A DNA stretch of 63,563 nucleotides, the filler included, from Nitrospinota bacterium (lineage in GTDB: Bacteria; JAUXIQ01): NCBI GenBank assembly GCA_030620925.1. It is 13 parts of 13 records of this genome, joined end to end, with 100 filler letters (N's around TTAATTAATTAA, not from the genome) between each part and the next. Parts side by side here need not be neighbours in the genome. Positions count along the whole stretch, not along the records: positions 7,234 to 14,029 come from JAUXIQ010000111.1; positions 14,130 to 20,243 come from JAUXIQ010000135.1; 11 more parts are not named here. One strand, written 5' to 3'. The notes beneath the pieces were generated by a model. The model saw only the letters and a list, made by a program, of their open reading frames with translations, made no database searches and was not told where the DNA came from. Positions 9,805 through 19,025 of the stretch are shown one piece after another. The translations under genes and the position numbers were made by a program. Positions within the stretch are counted from its first letter, which is position 1; each line of letters opens with the position of its first letter.

Positions 9805-10563
9805 ATGAATAAAATATCGCCAACCATGCATCATGAGAGCAGCGTGAGGCTGCAAAAGATAATCTCCATGTGGGGGATAACTTCCCGCCGCGGCGCAGAA
9901 GAGCTTATACGCAGCGGCCAGGTCACCGTCAACGGGGCAGTGGTAAAGGACCTCGGCTTTCAGGCAGACCCCCAGGCGGACCATATAAGAGTGAAAGGGA
10001 AGCTCCTCAAGAAGCTTCCTCCAAAGATATACGTGCTGTTGAACAAACCCAGGGGCTACGTCACAACCCTCTCTGATGAGAAAAGCAGACCCACCGTGAT
10101 GGACCTGTTGGAGAAGGTTAAGGGCAGGGTTTATCCCGTGGGACGTCTCGATTACGATGTGGAAGGGCTTCTCCTCCTCACCAACGACGGGGAGCTGGCC
10201 AATGCGATAGCCCACCCCAGGAAGGAAATAATCAAAACCTATACGGTGAAAGTCAAAGGTAAACCGAATCAAACAACAATGCGCAAAGCGTCCGCGGGAA
10301 TAAAACTCAAAGACGGGAGTGCTCCACATGCTCAGGTTCGGGTGATAAAGAACCTGAAAAGCAACTGCTGGCTGGAGATCAAAGTGCATGAAGGGAAGAA
10401 ACACATGGTTAAAAACCTGTGCCGGGAGGTGGGGCATCCACCCTTGAAAGTGGTCCGCACCAGCATCGCCACACTAAAATTGAAGGGCCTTGCTACAGGG
10501 AATCATCGATATCTTACCGATAAAGAAATAATCGACCTCAAAAAGGTAGTGGGCCTGGAATGA
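9805..10563 (+). CDS. rluB: 23S rRNA pseudouridine synthase (RluB/RsuA family)
   Basis: S4 domain RLQK..SRR, NKPRG, PVGRLD catalytic motif, GLLLLTNDG; follows scpAB. Confidence 0.88.
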   Translation: MNKISPTMHHESSVRLQKIISMWGITSRRGAEELIRSGQVTVNGAVVKDLGFQADPQADHIRVKGKLLKKLPPKIYVLLNKPRGYVTTLSDEKSRPTVMDLLEKVKGRVYPVGRLDYDVEGLLLLTNDGELANAIAHPRKEIIKTYTVKVKGKPNQTTMRKASAGIKLKDGSAPHAQVRVIKNLKSNCWLEIKVHEGKKHMVKNLCREVGHPPLKVVRTSIATLKLKGLATGNHRYLTDKEIIDLKKVVGLE

Positions 10564-10592
10564 AGACAAGATACCAGGAGGACGATAACCGG

Positions 10593-11606
10593 ATGATTAT
10601 AAAATCGATTGCTCTGATATCATTTATATTGATAATTGCCGCTGCCCCTTCCTCTCGGGGGCAGGAAATTTCTCCAGCACTCCAGAGAAAAATATTCGTG
10701 CCACTGAACAAAGTAGACCCCACGCAGGGTGAACGCGCCGAATATCTTAAAAAAGGCCAAACCGCCCTTGCAGCCGGGGAATCGAGGCAGGCCCGGACAT
10801 TCTTCAACCTGGCCCTATTGCTGAACATTAAAGACGTAGACGCCAACATGGCCCTGGGCCAGTTGCTCTACGAGGCCAAACAATATATCCAGGCCAGAGA
10901 ACATTTTCTCAAAGTTCTGGAGGAAAATCCCGACCACCTGAAGGCCCTCATGAACATGGGGAAGATAAGTTTCACCCTTTTCAAACGGACAGAAGCTTTC
11001 GAGTATTTTCAGGAAGTGGCGGAGCTTAATCCCGGCAACCCGGAGGCCACAAAATATATCAACTACATACTGGGAGAAAATCAGGTGAAGGGCGGTCTGC
11101 CCGAACAATACTACACCATACCCTATTCAGAGGCGGTTACCAGGAGTGAATTGGCGGCCCTGGTCTATTTCAGAACCGATAAACTCAAGGCTCTGAAAAC
11201 CCCTCCCCAACCGCAGATCATAACAGACATCGGCGAAAGCTGGGCTAAGAAATATATACGGGAAGTCATTAAATACAAGATAATGGATATCTATCCCGAT
11301 CATTCCTTCCAACCCCAGTCGACCATCAACCGCGGGGAATTCGCCCAGGTCATCATGAATCTCGTTAAAGGCCTGCATCTTTACGAGATATACCTGGAGA
11401 GCACACCACACAAAGCGCTGACCTACAGCGACATAGACCCTTACAACAACTATTACGATGCGGTGAGGCTGGTCTCCGACCTGGAGATCATAGTTCCCGG
11501 CCAGGACATGAAATTCGGCCTGGATGGGGCCATGAGTGGAAAGCAGGCACTGGAATATTTCGACCTTTTCGACCGCGCCGCGAGGCGGCTTCGAGCCGAC
11601 AGATAA
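10593..11606 (+). CDS. Secreted TPR + S-layer homology (SLH) domain protein
   Basis: Signal peptide, TPR helices, SLH motifs VTRSELA and DIGESWA..FQPQSTINRGEFA; start placed after AGGAGG (alternative 10560). Confidence 0.75.
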   Translation: MIIKSIALISFILIIAAAPSSRGQEISPALQRKIFVPLNKVDPTQGERAEYLKKGQTALAAGESRQARTFFNLALLLNIKDVDANMALGQLLYEAKQYIQAREHFLKVLEENPDHLKALMNMGKISFTLFKRTEAFEYFQEVAELNPGNPEATKYINYILGENQVKGGLPEQYYTIPYSEAVTRSELAALVYFRTDKLKALKTPPQPQIITDIGESWAKKYIREVIKYKIMDIYPDHSFQPQSTINRGEFAQVIMNLVKGLHLYEIYLESTPHKALTYSDIDPYNNYYDAVRLVSDLEIIVPGQDMKFGLDGAMSGKQALEYFDLFDRAARRLRADR

Positions 11607-11662
11607 CCCCCCCAAACCGCCGCCGGTAAAAGTTTTACCCTGTTTACCCACAAAGGAGAACG

Positions 11663-12331
11663 ATGAACCTCAACCATGCCGCTAATCTGCTCACGGTAAG
11701 CAGAATCATACTTACCCCTCTGTTCGCGGTGGTCGTAGCCGGAAGCGCCGATTCCACAATCGCCGCTCAAGCCGCAAAATATATTTTCCTGTGGGTCGTC
11801 ATCAGCGACGTTCTCGATGGAAACCTGGCCCGGCAGAGCAGGGTAAAGAACCAGGCGGGATGTTTCCTCGATGCCCTGGCGGACCGGATATTCATCGGCA
11901 TAGGCTACCTGATGATATACAAAGTATACGGCGTGCCGCCTTACTGGTTGTTTCTTATCGTGGCCTTCCGCGTGGTGGGTATGGGCGTGCTCTGGTTCAT
12001 CGTCTTCTTCGCCTCCGGCCTCCGGTTTCAGAACTTCATCGACGTTCGCAACATCATAAACGTCCCCAACCCGCTAGGAAAAACGACGGTAGACCTTCAA
12101 CTCATACTTATGGGCATAGTCCTGTTCGGCGTTCTCACGTTTTTTACGGAGCCTCTCATCTACCTGGTGGCATTTTTTTCAGTAACCTCATCATTGATTT
12201 ACGTATTTGCAGTGCTGAAGACGGCGTCGGGGTATAACCCGCAGGCCGTGGGAGAGGATGAGCGCCAGGTGCTGGAGGGTATCACCGCCTGCCGGAACAA
12301 GCTGAGGAGGGCAATTCTCATCAAGTCTTAA
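11663..12331 (+). CDS. CDP-alcohol phosphatidyltransferase family membrane protein
   Basis: ANLLTVSR; SDVLDGNLAR...GCFLDALADR matches the DxxDGxxAR..G..LD...D motif. Confidence 0.85.
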   Translation: MNLNHAANLLTVSRIILTPLFAVVVAGSADSTIAAQAAKYIFLWVVISDVLDGNLARQSRVKNQAGCFLDALADRIFIGIGYLMIYKVYGVPPYWLFLIVAFRVVGMGVLWFIVFFASGLRFQNFIDVRNIINVPNPLGKTTVDLQLILMGIVLFGVLTFFTEPLIYLVAFFSVTSSLIYVFAVLKTASGYNPQAVGEDERQVLEGITACRNKLRRAILIKS

Positions 12332-12473
12332 GAATTATTTAAGACATGGTTCTGCTCGGTGATATGCCTTGACAACGAGGCTGAGCGTTACATAGAATTT
12401 CAAGGTATCGTAAAACCCCGGGAACCGCTCGGCGGTCTATATTGTAATGTACGTAATATAAAAGAGAGAAATA

Positions 12474-13328
12474 ATGGGAGCCACTATTCTGGACGGGAAA
12501 AAGGTTTCCCAACTTGTAAAAGAAAAGGTGAAGAAAGAGGTGCGTGAGCTCCTTGAAGGGGGCGCCACGCCGCCGGGTTTGGCGGTGGCCCTGGTTGGAG
12601 AAGACCCCGCCTCGAAGATATATGTGCGCAAAAAAGGGGAAGCCTGCGAGGAAGCAGGCATCACCTCCCATCAATATAACCTGCCGGACACCGTAACCCA
12701 GGAAGAGCTTTTATCCCTGGTGCGCGACCTGAACGGCAGGGAGGATGTCAACGGCATCCTGGTGCAGCTCCCCCTGCCCTCTCACGTCGATTCCAAAACC
12801 GTTCTGGAAGTGGTCGACCCGCTCAAGGACGTGGACGGCTTCCACCCCTACAACGTGGGAAAACTCGTCGCTAACGACGTCAACCTCCTGCCCTGCACTC
12901 CGTCGGGCATCATGGAGATACTGGATCATTACCGGATACCCATAGAGGGCGCCGACGCAGTGATAATAGGGCGGAGCGATATTGTGGGCAAACCCATGGC
13001 CATTATGCTCATGCACCGCCATGCGACCATAACCGTCTGCCACTCCCGGACCAGGAACCTCGCTCAAGTGGCCGCCGGGGCGGATATACTTGTCGCCGCC
13101 CTGGGTAAGGCAAGGCTGGTCACCGCCGAAATGGTGAAAGAAGGGGCGGTGGTCATCGACGTGGGAATGAACCGGGTGGAGGGCAAACTCACGGGAGACG
13201 TGGATTTCGAAGCCGTGTCCGAAAAGGCTTCCCACATAACCCCGGTGCCCGGTGGCGTGGGCCCGATGACGGTGGCCATGCTGCTCAAGAACACGCTGAC
13301 AGCTTACAGGAAACAGACCGGAAGATAG
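12474..13328 (+). CDS. folD: Methylenetetrahydrofolate dehydrogenase/cyclohydrolase
   Basis: [43 protein letters not shown]. Confidence 0.97.
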   Translation: MGATILDGKKVSQLVKEKVKKEVRELLEGGATPPGLAVALVGEDPASKIYVRKKGEACEEAGITSHQYNLPDTVTQEELLSLVRDLNGREDVNGILVQLPLPSHVDSKTVLEVVDPLKDVDGFHPYNVGKLVANDVNLLPCTPSGIMEILDHYRIPIEGADAVIIGRSDIVGKPMAIMLMHRHATITVCHSRTRNLAQVAAGADILVAALGKARLVTAEMVKEGAVVIDVGMNRVEGKLTGDVDFEAVSEKASHITPVPGGVGPMTVAMLLKNTLTAYRKQTGR

Positions 13329-13339
13329 ATAGGGATACC

Positions 13340-14029
13340 ATGGAAGAAAACAACCTCTTCGAGTCGCTGACCCACGAGATTTACACCGTAAGCCGGCTCA
13401 CCGCGGAAATCAAAGACGTCCTGGAAGGAGAGTTCTTCGATGTCTGGGTGGAGGGGGAGATATCCAATATGCGCAACCCCTCCTCCGGCCATACCTACCT
13501 CACTCTCAAGGACGATTCCTCCCAGCTCAGGGGGGTCATCTGGAAATCCGCCATGCGGGGCGTTAAATTTCAACCCGAAGACGGTATGCAGGTGGTCGCC
13601 CGGGGACGGGTGACCGTCTATGAGCCGCGGGGCGATTACCAGCTCATCATAGAGTACATAGAGCCCAAAGGGGTGGGGGCGCTCCAGCTCGCCTTCGAGC
13701 AGTTGAAGCAGCGTCTCATGGAAGAGGGCCTCTTCGATGAGAAGCGCAAGAGACCGCTTCCCCTTCTGCCTCAGAGAATAGGTGTGGTGTCCTCCCCCAC
13801 GGGGGCCGCCATCCGGGATATACTGCGGGTCATAGAGCGGAGGTTCGCCAACGTGCACGTTCTGCTTTACCCGGTCCGCGTGCAGGGTGAGGGCGCTGCA
13901 GAAGAGATAGCCGAGGCCGTAGGTGCTTTCAACAAGCTGCCAGCCCTGGGGCCCGGCCTGCCGGAAGTAGACGTTATCATCGTGGGCAGGGGTGGCGGCT
14001 CGCTGGAAGACCTCTGGGCATTCAACGAA
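13340..14029 (+). CDS. xseA: Exodeoxyribonuclease VII large subunit, partial
   Basis: [41 protein letters not shown]; truncated. Confidence 0.96.
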
Positions 14030-14146
14030 NNNNNNNNNNNNNNNNNNNNNNNNNNNNNNNNNNNNNNNNNNNNTTAATTAATTAANNNNNNNNNNNNNNN
14101 NNNNNNNNNNNNNNNNNNNNNNNNNNNNNGGACAAGCTATCTGCCG

Positions 14147-14575
14147 GTGGCCGATCATCCCAACGAAGATCACTACGACATCGCGCTTCTGACAATGTGC
14201 ATCTGGGGTGATGCCCGGGGCGAGGCACTGCCCGCGCAGGTGGCCGTGGGCTTCACCGTGAGGAACCGCGTCCGCAACCCCCGGTGGTGGGGGCGGAGTT
14301 GGCGGGAGGTTATCCTCAAACCCTATCAGTTCTCCGCTTTCAATCAGGGAGACCCTAACCGGGAGAAGATGAAGGACCCCCTCGCGGAAGGCAGGGATGG
14401 AAGGGTCTGGCGGCAGTGCCTCTGGGTGGCCTGGGGCGTCTATTACCACCTGATGGAGGATACCACCGGCGGGGCCACACATTACGTGCGTAAAGGATTG
14501 AAACCCAGGTGGGCGCAGGGGGAAAAGCCCTGCGCTGTTATCGGCAACCACGAATTTTACAGGTTGGAAGCATGA
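14147..14575 (+). CDS. Cell wall hydrolase, SleB/Hydrolase_2 family (phage-like; possibly 5'-partial)
   Basis: IWGDARGE, AVGFTVRNR, KPYQFSAFN, DTTGGATHY, IGNHEFY; frame open to contig start. Confidence 0.85.
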   Translation: MADHPNEDHYDIALLTMCIWGDARGEALPAQVAVGFTVRNRVRNPRWWGRSWREVILKPYQFSAFNQGDPNREKMKDPLAEGRDGRVWRQCLWVAWGVYYHLMEDTTGGATHYVRKGLKPRWAQGEKPCAVIGNHEFYRLEA

Positions 14576-14748
14576 TGGAAACGTTGATAGCAATCAAAAT
14601 ACTGGCGGCTGCGGGCTGGGCGGTTGCTCTAATAGCCTGCCTCTACGCCTCCCACCTCGAAGAGCGCATCGTTTTGCTCCGAAGGGATTACAGGAGGCTC
14701 AAGGAAAGGCTCCACGAGCTTTTCGCCGGAGAAATAGCACATGATTAA
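14572..14748 (+). CDS. Small single-TM, coiled-coil protein (58 aa), lysis-accessory-like
   Basis: ATGA overlap with the hydrolase stop; N-terminal hydrophobic helix followed by a charged heptad tail. Confidence 0.55.
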   Translation: MMETLIAIKILAAAGWAVALIACLYASHLEERIVLLRRDYRRLKERLHELFAGEIAHD

Positions 14749-14803
14749 AGCAAAGAGCACTATTAACAGGCATGGACAATGCCTTTCTACCAAAGAGGAG
14801 GAG

Positions 14804-14887
14804 ATGCGAAAGTATATAGATGATGTAATTAATGACCTTATCAGAAGAGAAGGATTGGAGGATAGAATACTAAAGTATGAGCGATAG
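14804..14887 (+). pseudogene. Internally deleted copy of the GH108 muramidase gene (27 aa remnant)
   Basis: MRKYIDDVINDLIRREG|LEDRILKYER corresponds to the N-terminus plus C-terminus of 15870-16397 fused at the shared AGAAGG; has its own GAGGAGG RBS. Confidence 0.85.
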
Positions 14888-14901
14888 CAGCCTCGAGGCG
14901 A

Positions 14902-15345
14902 TCATTGCATTTCCGATTCGATGTGAGTCACCATGGTCTCTAAGATATCTTCTATGAAACCTGCTGTTGCTCCTGCCGAAAGGACGATGTACATGGTGCC
15001 GCATGCTTCTTCGCGCAAGCAGTAGATATCCCAATAGAGCGGGTTTATCTTTGAAGCTATATTATTAACTCGGTTAATAATATCGTGATTGTCAGCAGGA
15101 TAGTAGGCGTCTAGAATTTGCTGAACAATCCCTATCAGGCAGTGACTGTAGTCATACGTTGCTTTCAGCATTTTCGACGTAATTCCACTGTCCCAGCCGG
15201 GCCTTGAAGCGTCTTTGCAGGCCTGCTTGAGTTCCGGGACTTTGCGGATAAGGGTATAATCCCAAACCTTCCCTCCGTTGGCGTTTGCAGGTGCGGAAGC
15301 GGCCAATAAGATTGCCGTGGCGAGTAGAGCTAGATAGGTTTTCAT
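14902..15345 (-). CDS. Secreted 147-aa four-Cys protein, paralog 1 (putative peptidoglycan-hydrolase immunity protein)
   Basis: Signal peptide ending APANA; NGGKVWDYTLIRKVPELKQAC, YWDIYCLREEAC; start at MKTY gives the same length as paralogs 2 and 3. Confidence 0.8.
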   Translation of the reverse strand: MKTYLALLATAILLAASAPANANGGKVWDYTLIRKVPELKQACKDASRPGWDSGITSKMLKATYDYSHCLIGIVQQILDAYYPADNHDIINRVNNIASKINPLYWDIYCLREEACGTMYIVLSAGATAGFIEDILETMVTHIESEMQ

Positions 15346-15524
15346 AATTCTTTCCCCCGGTTTATTTCCTGAAGTGGAATGAACAACACCCATGCGCTTA
15401 GTACCAGCATCGCGAGTGTCGGGAAACGCATTATGTGAAGAGGCATTCGTAGTCTTCTGATTATAACCGAAATGTCCCTGATTATCAGAGAGTACACTCA
15501 AATTTCAATTAAAGGAGGTTAACA

Positions 15525-15698
15525 ATGAGAACCGTGTTGTTTCTGCTTATTACCCATGCGGCGGCGTTTGCGGGTGGAGCGGTGATGGTCTACTTCAATT
15601 TCCACCGCCTGAGTCGAGAAATTAGGCGCGAGGTGGAGGATGTTAAGTCGATAGGCCGTAACCTGAAGGAAATCGTGGATACCATGACACACGATTAG
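15525..15698 (+). CDS. Small single-TM protein (57 aa), not in ORF track
   Basis: AAAGGAGG RBS; MRTVLFLLITHAAAFAGGAVMVYFNFHRLSREIRREVEDVKSIGRNLKEIVDTMTHD. Confidence 0.65.
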   Translation: MRTVLFLLITHAAAFAGGAVMVYFNFHRLSREIRREVEDVKSIGRNLKEIVDTMTHD

Positions 15699-15869
15699 CC
15701 CTGTGCCATAGAGACAACTCATTACGGAGGAAATAGAAAAGCGTTGAGATTACCTGGATTAAGGGAAGTAAAGCAACGAAGAAGGTTCTTTTCCGACTTC
15801 GGAGTCGGAGAATGCGGCTCTACTCCAAAGATGTCGTTTATGCTGTATTAAGAGAAGGGAGATATACAA

Positions 15870-16397
15870 ATGTATATAGATGATGTGATTAATGACCCTA
15901 TCAGAAGAGAAGGTGGTTTTTCAAATCGTCCAACTGACAGAGGCGGGCCCACCAACCACGGGATAACGCAAACAACTCTCAGTGAGTGGAGAAAGAAACC
16001 GGTCACCGTCGAGGACGTTAAGAATTTAACCGAGGCCGAAGCATACGATATATATATGAGCAAATTTTTTCTACAAAACAAGCTGGACGCCATCCCCGAT
16101 AAGAGGACTCAAGCTCACCTGTTGGATGCAGCCGTTCTCCATGGTCCCCGCAACGCCGTAAAATTCTTGCAAGAGACGATAGGCTACGACGACCCGAAAG
16201 GGCCGGATGGATATATAGGGGAAAAAACGTTAAAAACTTTAGTGGACTATCTCGACAGCGGCGGGAGCTGGGAAGAAATCAACGATAACCTGGTGCAGCA
16301 AAGATTAAACCTGGTAAGACAACGGGTACTAAACAAACCAGATCAAAAAGAATACATAGAAGGATGGGAGGATAGAATACTAAAATATAAGCGATAA
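15870..16397 (+). CDS. Glycoside hydrolase family 108 muramidase (lysozyme) with C-terminal PG-binding domain
   Basis: REGGF..PTDRGGPTNHGIT catalytic motif, DAAVLHGP, DGYIGEKT, GWEDR. Confidence 0.9.
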   Translation: MYIDDVINDPIRREGGFSNRPTDRGGPTNHGITQTTLSEWRKKPVTVEDVKNLTEAEAYDIYMSKFFLQNKLDAIPDKRTQAHLLDAAVLHGPRNAVKFLQETIGYDDPKGPDGYIGEKTLKTLVDYLDSGGSWEEINDNLVQQRLNLVRQRVLNKPDQKEYIEGWEDRILKYKR

Positions 16398-16448
16398 CAG
16401 CTCCCAGCTGTGATAGGACGGACTTGACAGTCAGGACATCCCAGGCGA

Positions 16449-16892
16449 TCACCGTATTTCCGATTCGATGTGGTCCGTCATGGTCTTCAAGACATCTCCA
16501 ATGAACGCTGAATTGTCTGCAAGTGACATCGCGTTAAACATAGAGCCACACAACTCTTCACGCAGGCAGTAGATATCCCAGTAGAGGACACGGATATCAG
16601 ATGCTATATCCCTGACCCTCTTAATAAACTCTTTGTTTTCAGACGGGTAGTAGGTGTCGAGTATCTGCTTAATAATCCCTATCAGGCAATCCTGGTAGTC
16701 GTATGAGGCGTTGAGCATTTTCGACGTAATCCCACTATCCCATCCGGATCGTGAAGCGTCTTTGCATGCCTGTCTGAGTTCGGGGACTTTGCGGATCAGG
16801 GTATAATCCCAAACCTTCCCTCCATTGGCGTGTGCAGGTGCGGAAGCGGCCAATAAGATTGCCGTAGCGAGTAAAGCTATACACGTTTTCAT
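16449..16892 (-). CDS. Secreted 147-aa four-Cys protein, paralog 2
   Basis: Signal peptide, same conserved blocks as 14902-15345; GAGGAGG RBS. Confidence 0.85.
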   Translation of the reverse strand: MKTCIALLATAILLAASAPAHANGGKVWDYTLIRKVPELRQACKDASRSGWDSGITSKMLNASYDYQDCLIGIIKQILDTYYPSENKEFIKRVRDIASDIRVLYWDIYCLREELCGSMFNAMSLADNSAFIGDVLKTMTDHIESEIR

Positions 16893-16911
16893 GATTTATC
16901 CTCCTCTTGGG

Positions 16912-17355
16912 TTATCGCATTTCCAATTTTATATGATCCGTTATGGTTTTAAGGACGTCCTCAATGAACGCTAGTTGGTCTCCAATCGATCCGACGTTAT
17001 ACATGGAGCCGCACAACTCTTCACGCAAGCAGTAGATGTCCCAGTAGAGGACACGGATGTTTGATGCTATATCCCTGAGCCGCTTAACAAACTCTTTGTT
17101 TTCAGGCGGGTAGTAGGCGTCGAGTATGTGCTGAATAATTCCTATCAGGCAATACTTGTAGTCATATGAGGCTTCTATCATTTGCGCTGTAGTTCCAGCT
17201 TCCCAACGGTTTTTAGAAGCATCCTCACATGCCTGTTTGAGTTCGGGGACTTTGCGGATCAGTGAATAATCCCAGACCTTCCCTCCGTTGGCGAGTGCAG
17301 GTGTTGACGCAGCCAATAAGATTGCCGTAGCAAGTAAAACTATACAGGTTTTCAT
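16912..17355 (-). CDS. Secreted 147-aa four-Cys protein, paralog 3
   Basis: Tandem paralog of 16449-16892. Confidence 0.85.
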   Translation of the reverse strand: MKTCIVLLATAILLAASTPALANGGKVWDYSLIRKVPELKQACEDASKNRWEAGTTAQMIEASYDYKYCLIGIIQHILDAYYPPENKEFVKRLRDIASNIRVLYWDIYCLREELCGSMYNVGSIGDQLAFIEDVLKTITDHIKLEMR

Positions 17356-17565
17356 AATTAGTCCCCCCCAGCAGTTTATATGCCCAAAAAGAAATTTGAT
17401 CTTCAGCTTTTATCCTTACCGGATAGGGAAAAGTGCGGAAGCGCTTCTAGTGCGCTAGCCGGCGAATTGTATTTTATCAGCCTAATTATAAATGCATAAG
17501 TCTCTATTGTGTAGTTTTTAGAGAGTAAAACCAACGTACGAATCAGATCGAATCGAGGAGGAACC

Positions 17566-18057
17566 ATGAACAAATCGAAAAAAATGTCGACTCCCATGGC
17601 GGCTGTGCTCCTTTCCCTCATCCTGCTGTTCACCACCGCCGGACGCCCGTTGGTCCTCACAGAACAGGAGATGCGCTTCAAAATAGAAGCCTATATCGCC
17701 GCGGAGAAGGCTGACGATTACGAGACAATGGCCCGCTTGTTGGGTAAGGATGCGGATGAGTTGCAGCAAGGGCTTGAGGCTTACACGGAGTCGCTTAAAC
17801 TCCGGTTTGCTCAGACGATGGGCCTCAATTTTACGGGCGTGAGTTTCGGCGAACACCGGATACTTTTTATCCGGCCTGAGATGCGGGAAGCCTATGTCGG
17901 CCAGCAATCCTACGCGCATTTCCGAACCCGTGGCAGTGTTCAGCGGAGGCATGAGTACTCCATCTATCACGTCGGTTTCGACGAGGGGGGCCGTATTTCC
18001 TGGCGTCCGCTCGCTGTCAGCGTGAGCGAGGTGGAGGAGTTGGGGAAAGAGCTGTGA
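17566..18057 (+). CDS. Hypothetical exported/membrane-anchored protein
   Basis: GAGGAGG RBS, N-terminal hydrophobic segment; no recognised family. Confidence 0.7.
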   Translation: MNKSKKMSTPMAAVLLSLILLFTTAGRPLVLTEQEMRFKIEAYIAAEKADDYETMARLLGKDADELQQGLEAYTESLKLRFAQTMGLNFTGVSFGEHRILFIRPEMREAYVGQQSYAHFRTRGSVQRRHEYSIYHVGFDEGGRISWRPLAVSVSEVEELGKEL

Positions 18058-18106
18058 GCGAAACAGTGGAGAATGGTGATTAACTTTACGAAAGGAGGAA
18101 AAGGTA

Positions 18107-18193
18107 ATGGCAGTAACATTTTTCATCGGGTTGATAGCCGGTTTCGGCGCCGGCGCTTACGTCATGTGGCTCATAAAGAGGGGTAACATCTGA
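18107..18193 (+). CDS. 28-aa single-TM peptide coupled to the holin
   Basis: AAAGGAGG RBS; MAVTFFIGLIAGFGAGAYVMWLIKRGNI; TGATG overlap with the next gene. Confidence 0.55.
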   Translation: MAVTFFIGLIAGFGAGAYVMWLIKRGNI

Positions 18194-18597
18194 TGTGGCC
18201 GTTATTGCTTAATCTGGCAGGCCCCGTTATAGGAAAAGTCCTGGGCGGGGTCCTCAAAGGCAAAGTCCATCACGAGAGCGTGATAGACGAAGCCGTTCGC
18301 GGTGTAACGAACGCCCTCAAGAGCGATGAACAGTTGCAGCGAGAGTCTGAGCGCATAGCTCTTGAACATGCCAGGACGCTGCTGAAATATGAAGGGGAAG
18401 CCTCGGATTTACCCGCAAGCGCCAGGTGGCTCAGGGCTCTCGTGCGCCCGGGCATAGCCCTGTCGGGGTGGGCGGTGTTCTTACTGACCTGGATACAAGG
18501 TCTGCCCCCGCCGCCCGATTTCATTCAGACCGCCTGGATAGGGTTCTCGGGCTACTGGTTCATAAGCAGGGCGCGAGAAAAAGGAATGAAGTGGTAA
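18193..18597 (+). CDS. Putative holin (GTA-type 3TM holin-like)
   Basis: N-terminal amphipathic helix, EGE..WLRALVRP, TM segments, C-terminal GYWFISRAREK pattern; lies near the muramidases. Confidence 0.7.
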   Translation: MWPLLLNLAGPVIGKVLGGVLKGKVHHESVIDEAVRGVTNALKSDEQLQRESERIALEHARTLLKYEGEASDLPASARWLRALVRPGIALSGWAVFLLTWIQGLPPPPDFIQTAWIGFSGYWFISRAREKGMKW

Positions 18598-18605
18598 AGG
18601 ATAAA

Positions 18606-18753
18606 ACCACGGATGCACACAGATAGGCACAGATGAACCCCGCCTAACGCGGGGTGGGGGCGGTCCCTTCGGGCTCGAGTTCTTAAGGGCGAAGCCTTGC
18701 GAACGCCACTGGGCAGGACGAATACGACCCCGCAGGGCGGGATCGCCCCTGCA
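18606..18753. repeat. Intergenic repeat mosaic (CACAGAT-type units and CCCCGCCTAACGCGGGG hairpin)
   Basis: ACCACGGATGCACACAGATAGGCACAGATGAAC followed by a CCCGC-N5-GCGGG copy at 18638-18654. Confidence 0.5.
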
Positions 18754-18772
18754 ATATGGTGAGGAGTAGATA

Positions 18773-19015
18773 ATGAACCATAACGGAATACCTTTAAAAT
18801 TCAGCGAAGATGATTTCAAGGGATTGCTTTCCGAACAGAGGGATTACGTCCTCTACGCTTCCATCGAAACGCTCACGGAGAGCATCAACGGCATACAGAA
18901 AGAGGGTTGCAGGTGGGGCCGGGAGAGGGAAACGAAAAAGAATCGCCGCGAATACAGCCTTTCGGGGCTCATGGGTTTTATCGGTGGTTTTTTGAGCGGG
19001 AAACTCCCGTGGTAA
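18773..19015 (+). CDS. Hypothetical phage-like protein with C-terminal hydrophobic tail
   Basis: GAGGAG RBS; C-terminal SLSGLMGFIGGFL. Confidence 0.6.
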   Translation: MNHNGIPLKFSEDDFKGLLSEQRDYVLYASIETLTESINGIQKEGCRWGRERETKKNRREYSLSGLMGFIGGFLSGKLPW

Positions 19016-19025
19016 GGAGGATAAA

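Noticed and set aside
9253-10437. Long antisense ORFs (e.g. 5537-6574, 9253-10437, 54033-55094, 62439-63428)
   Set aside because: Shadow frames of well-supported genes on the opposite strand in GC-rich coding DNA.
15346-15501. N-terminal extension of the 199-aa ORF (also extensions at 19138, 22176, 38802, 4036, 30049)
   Set aside because: Downstream starts fit better: signal peptide position, paralog length, RBS, or avoidance of long overlaps.
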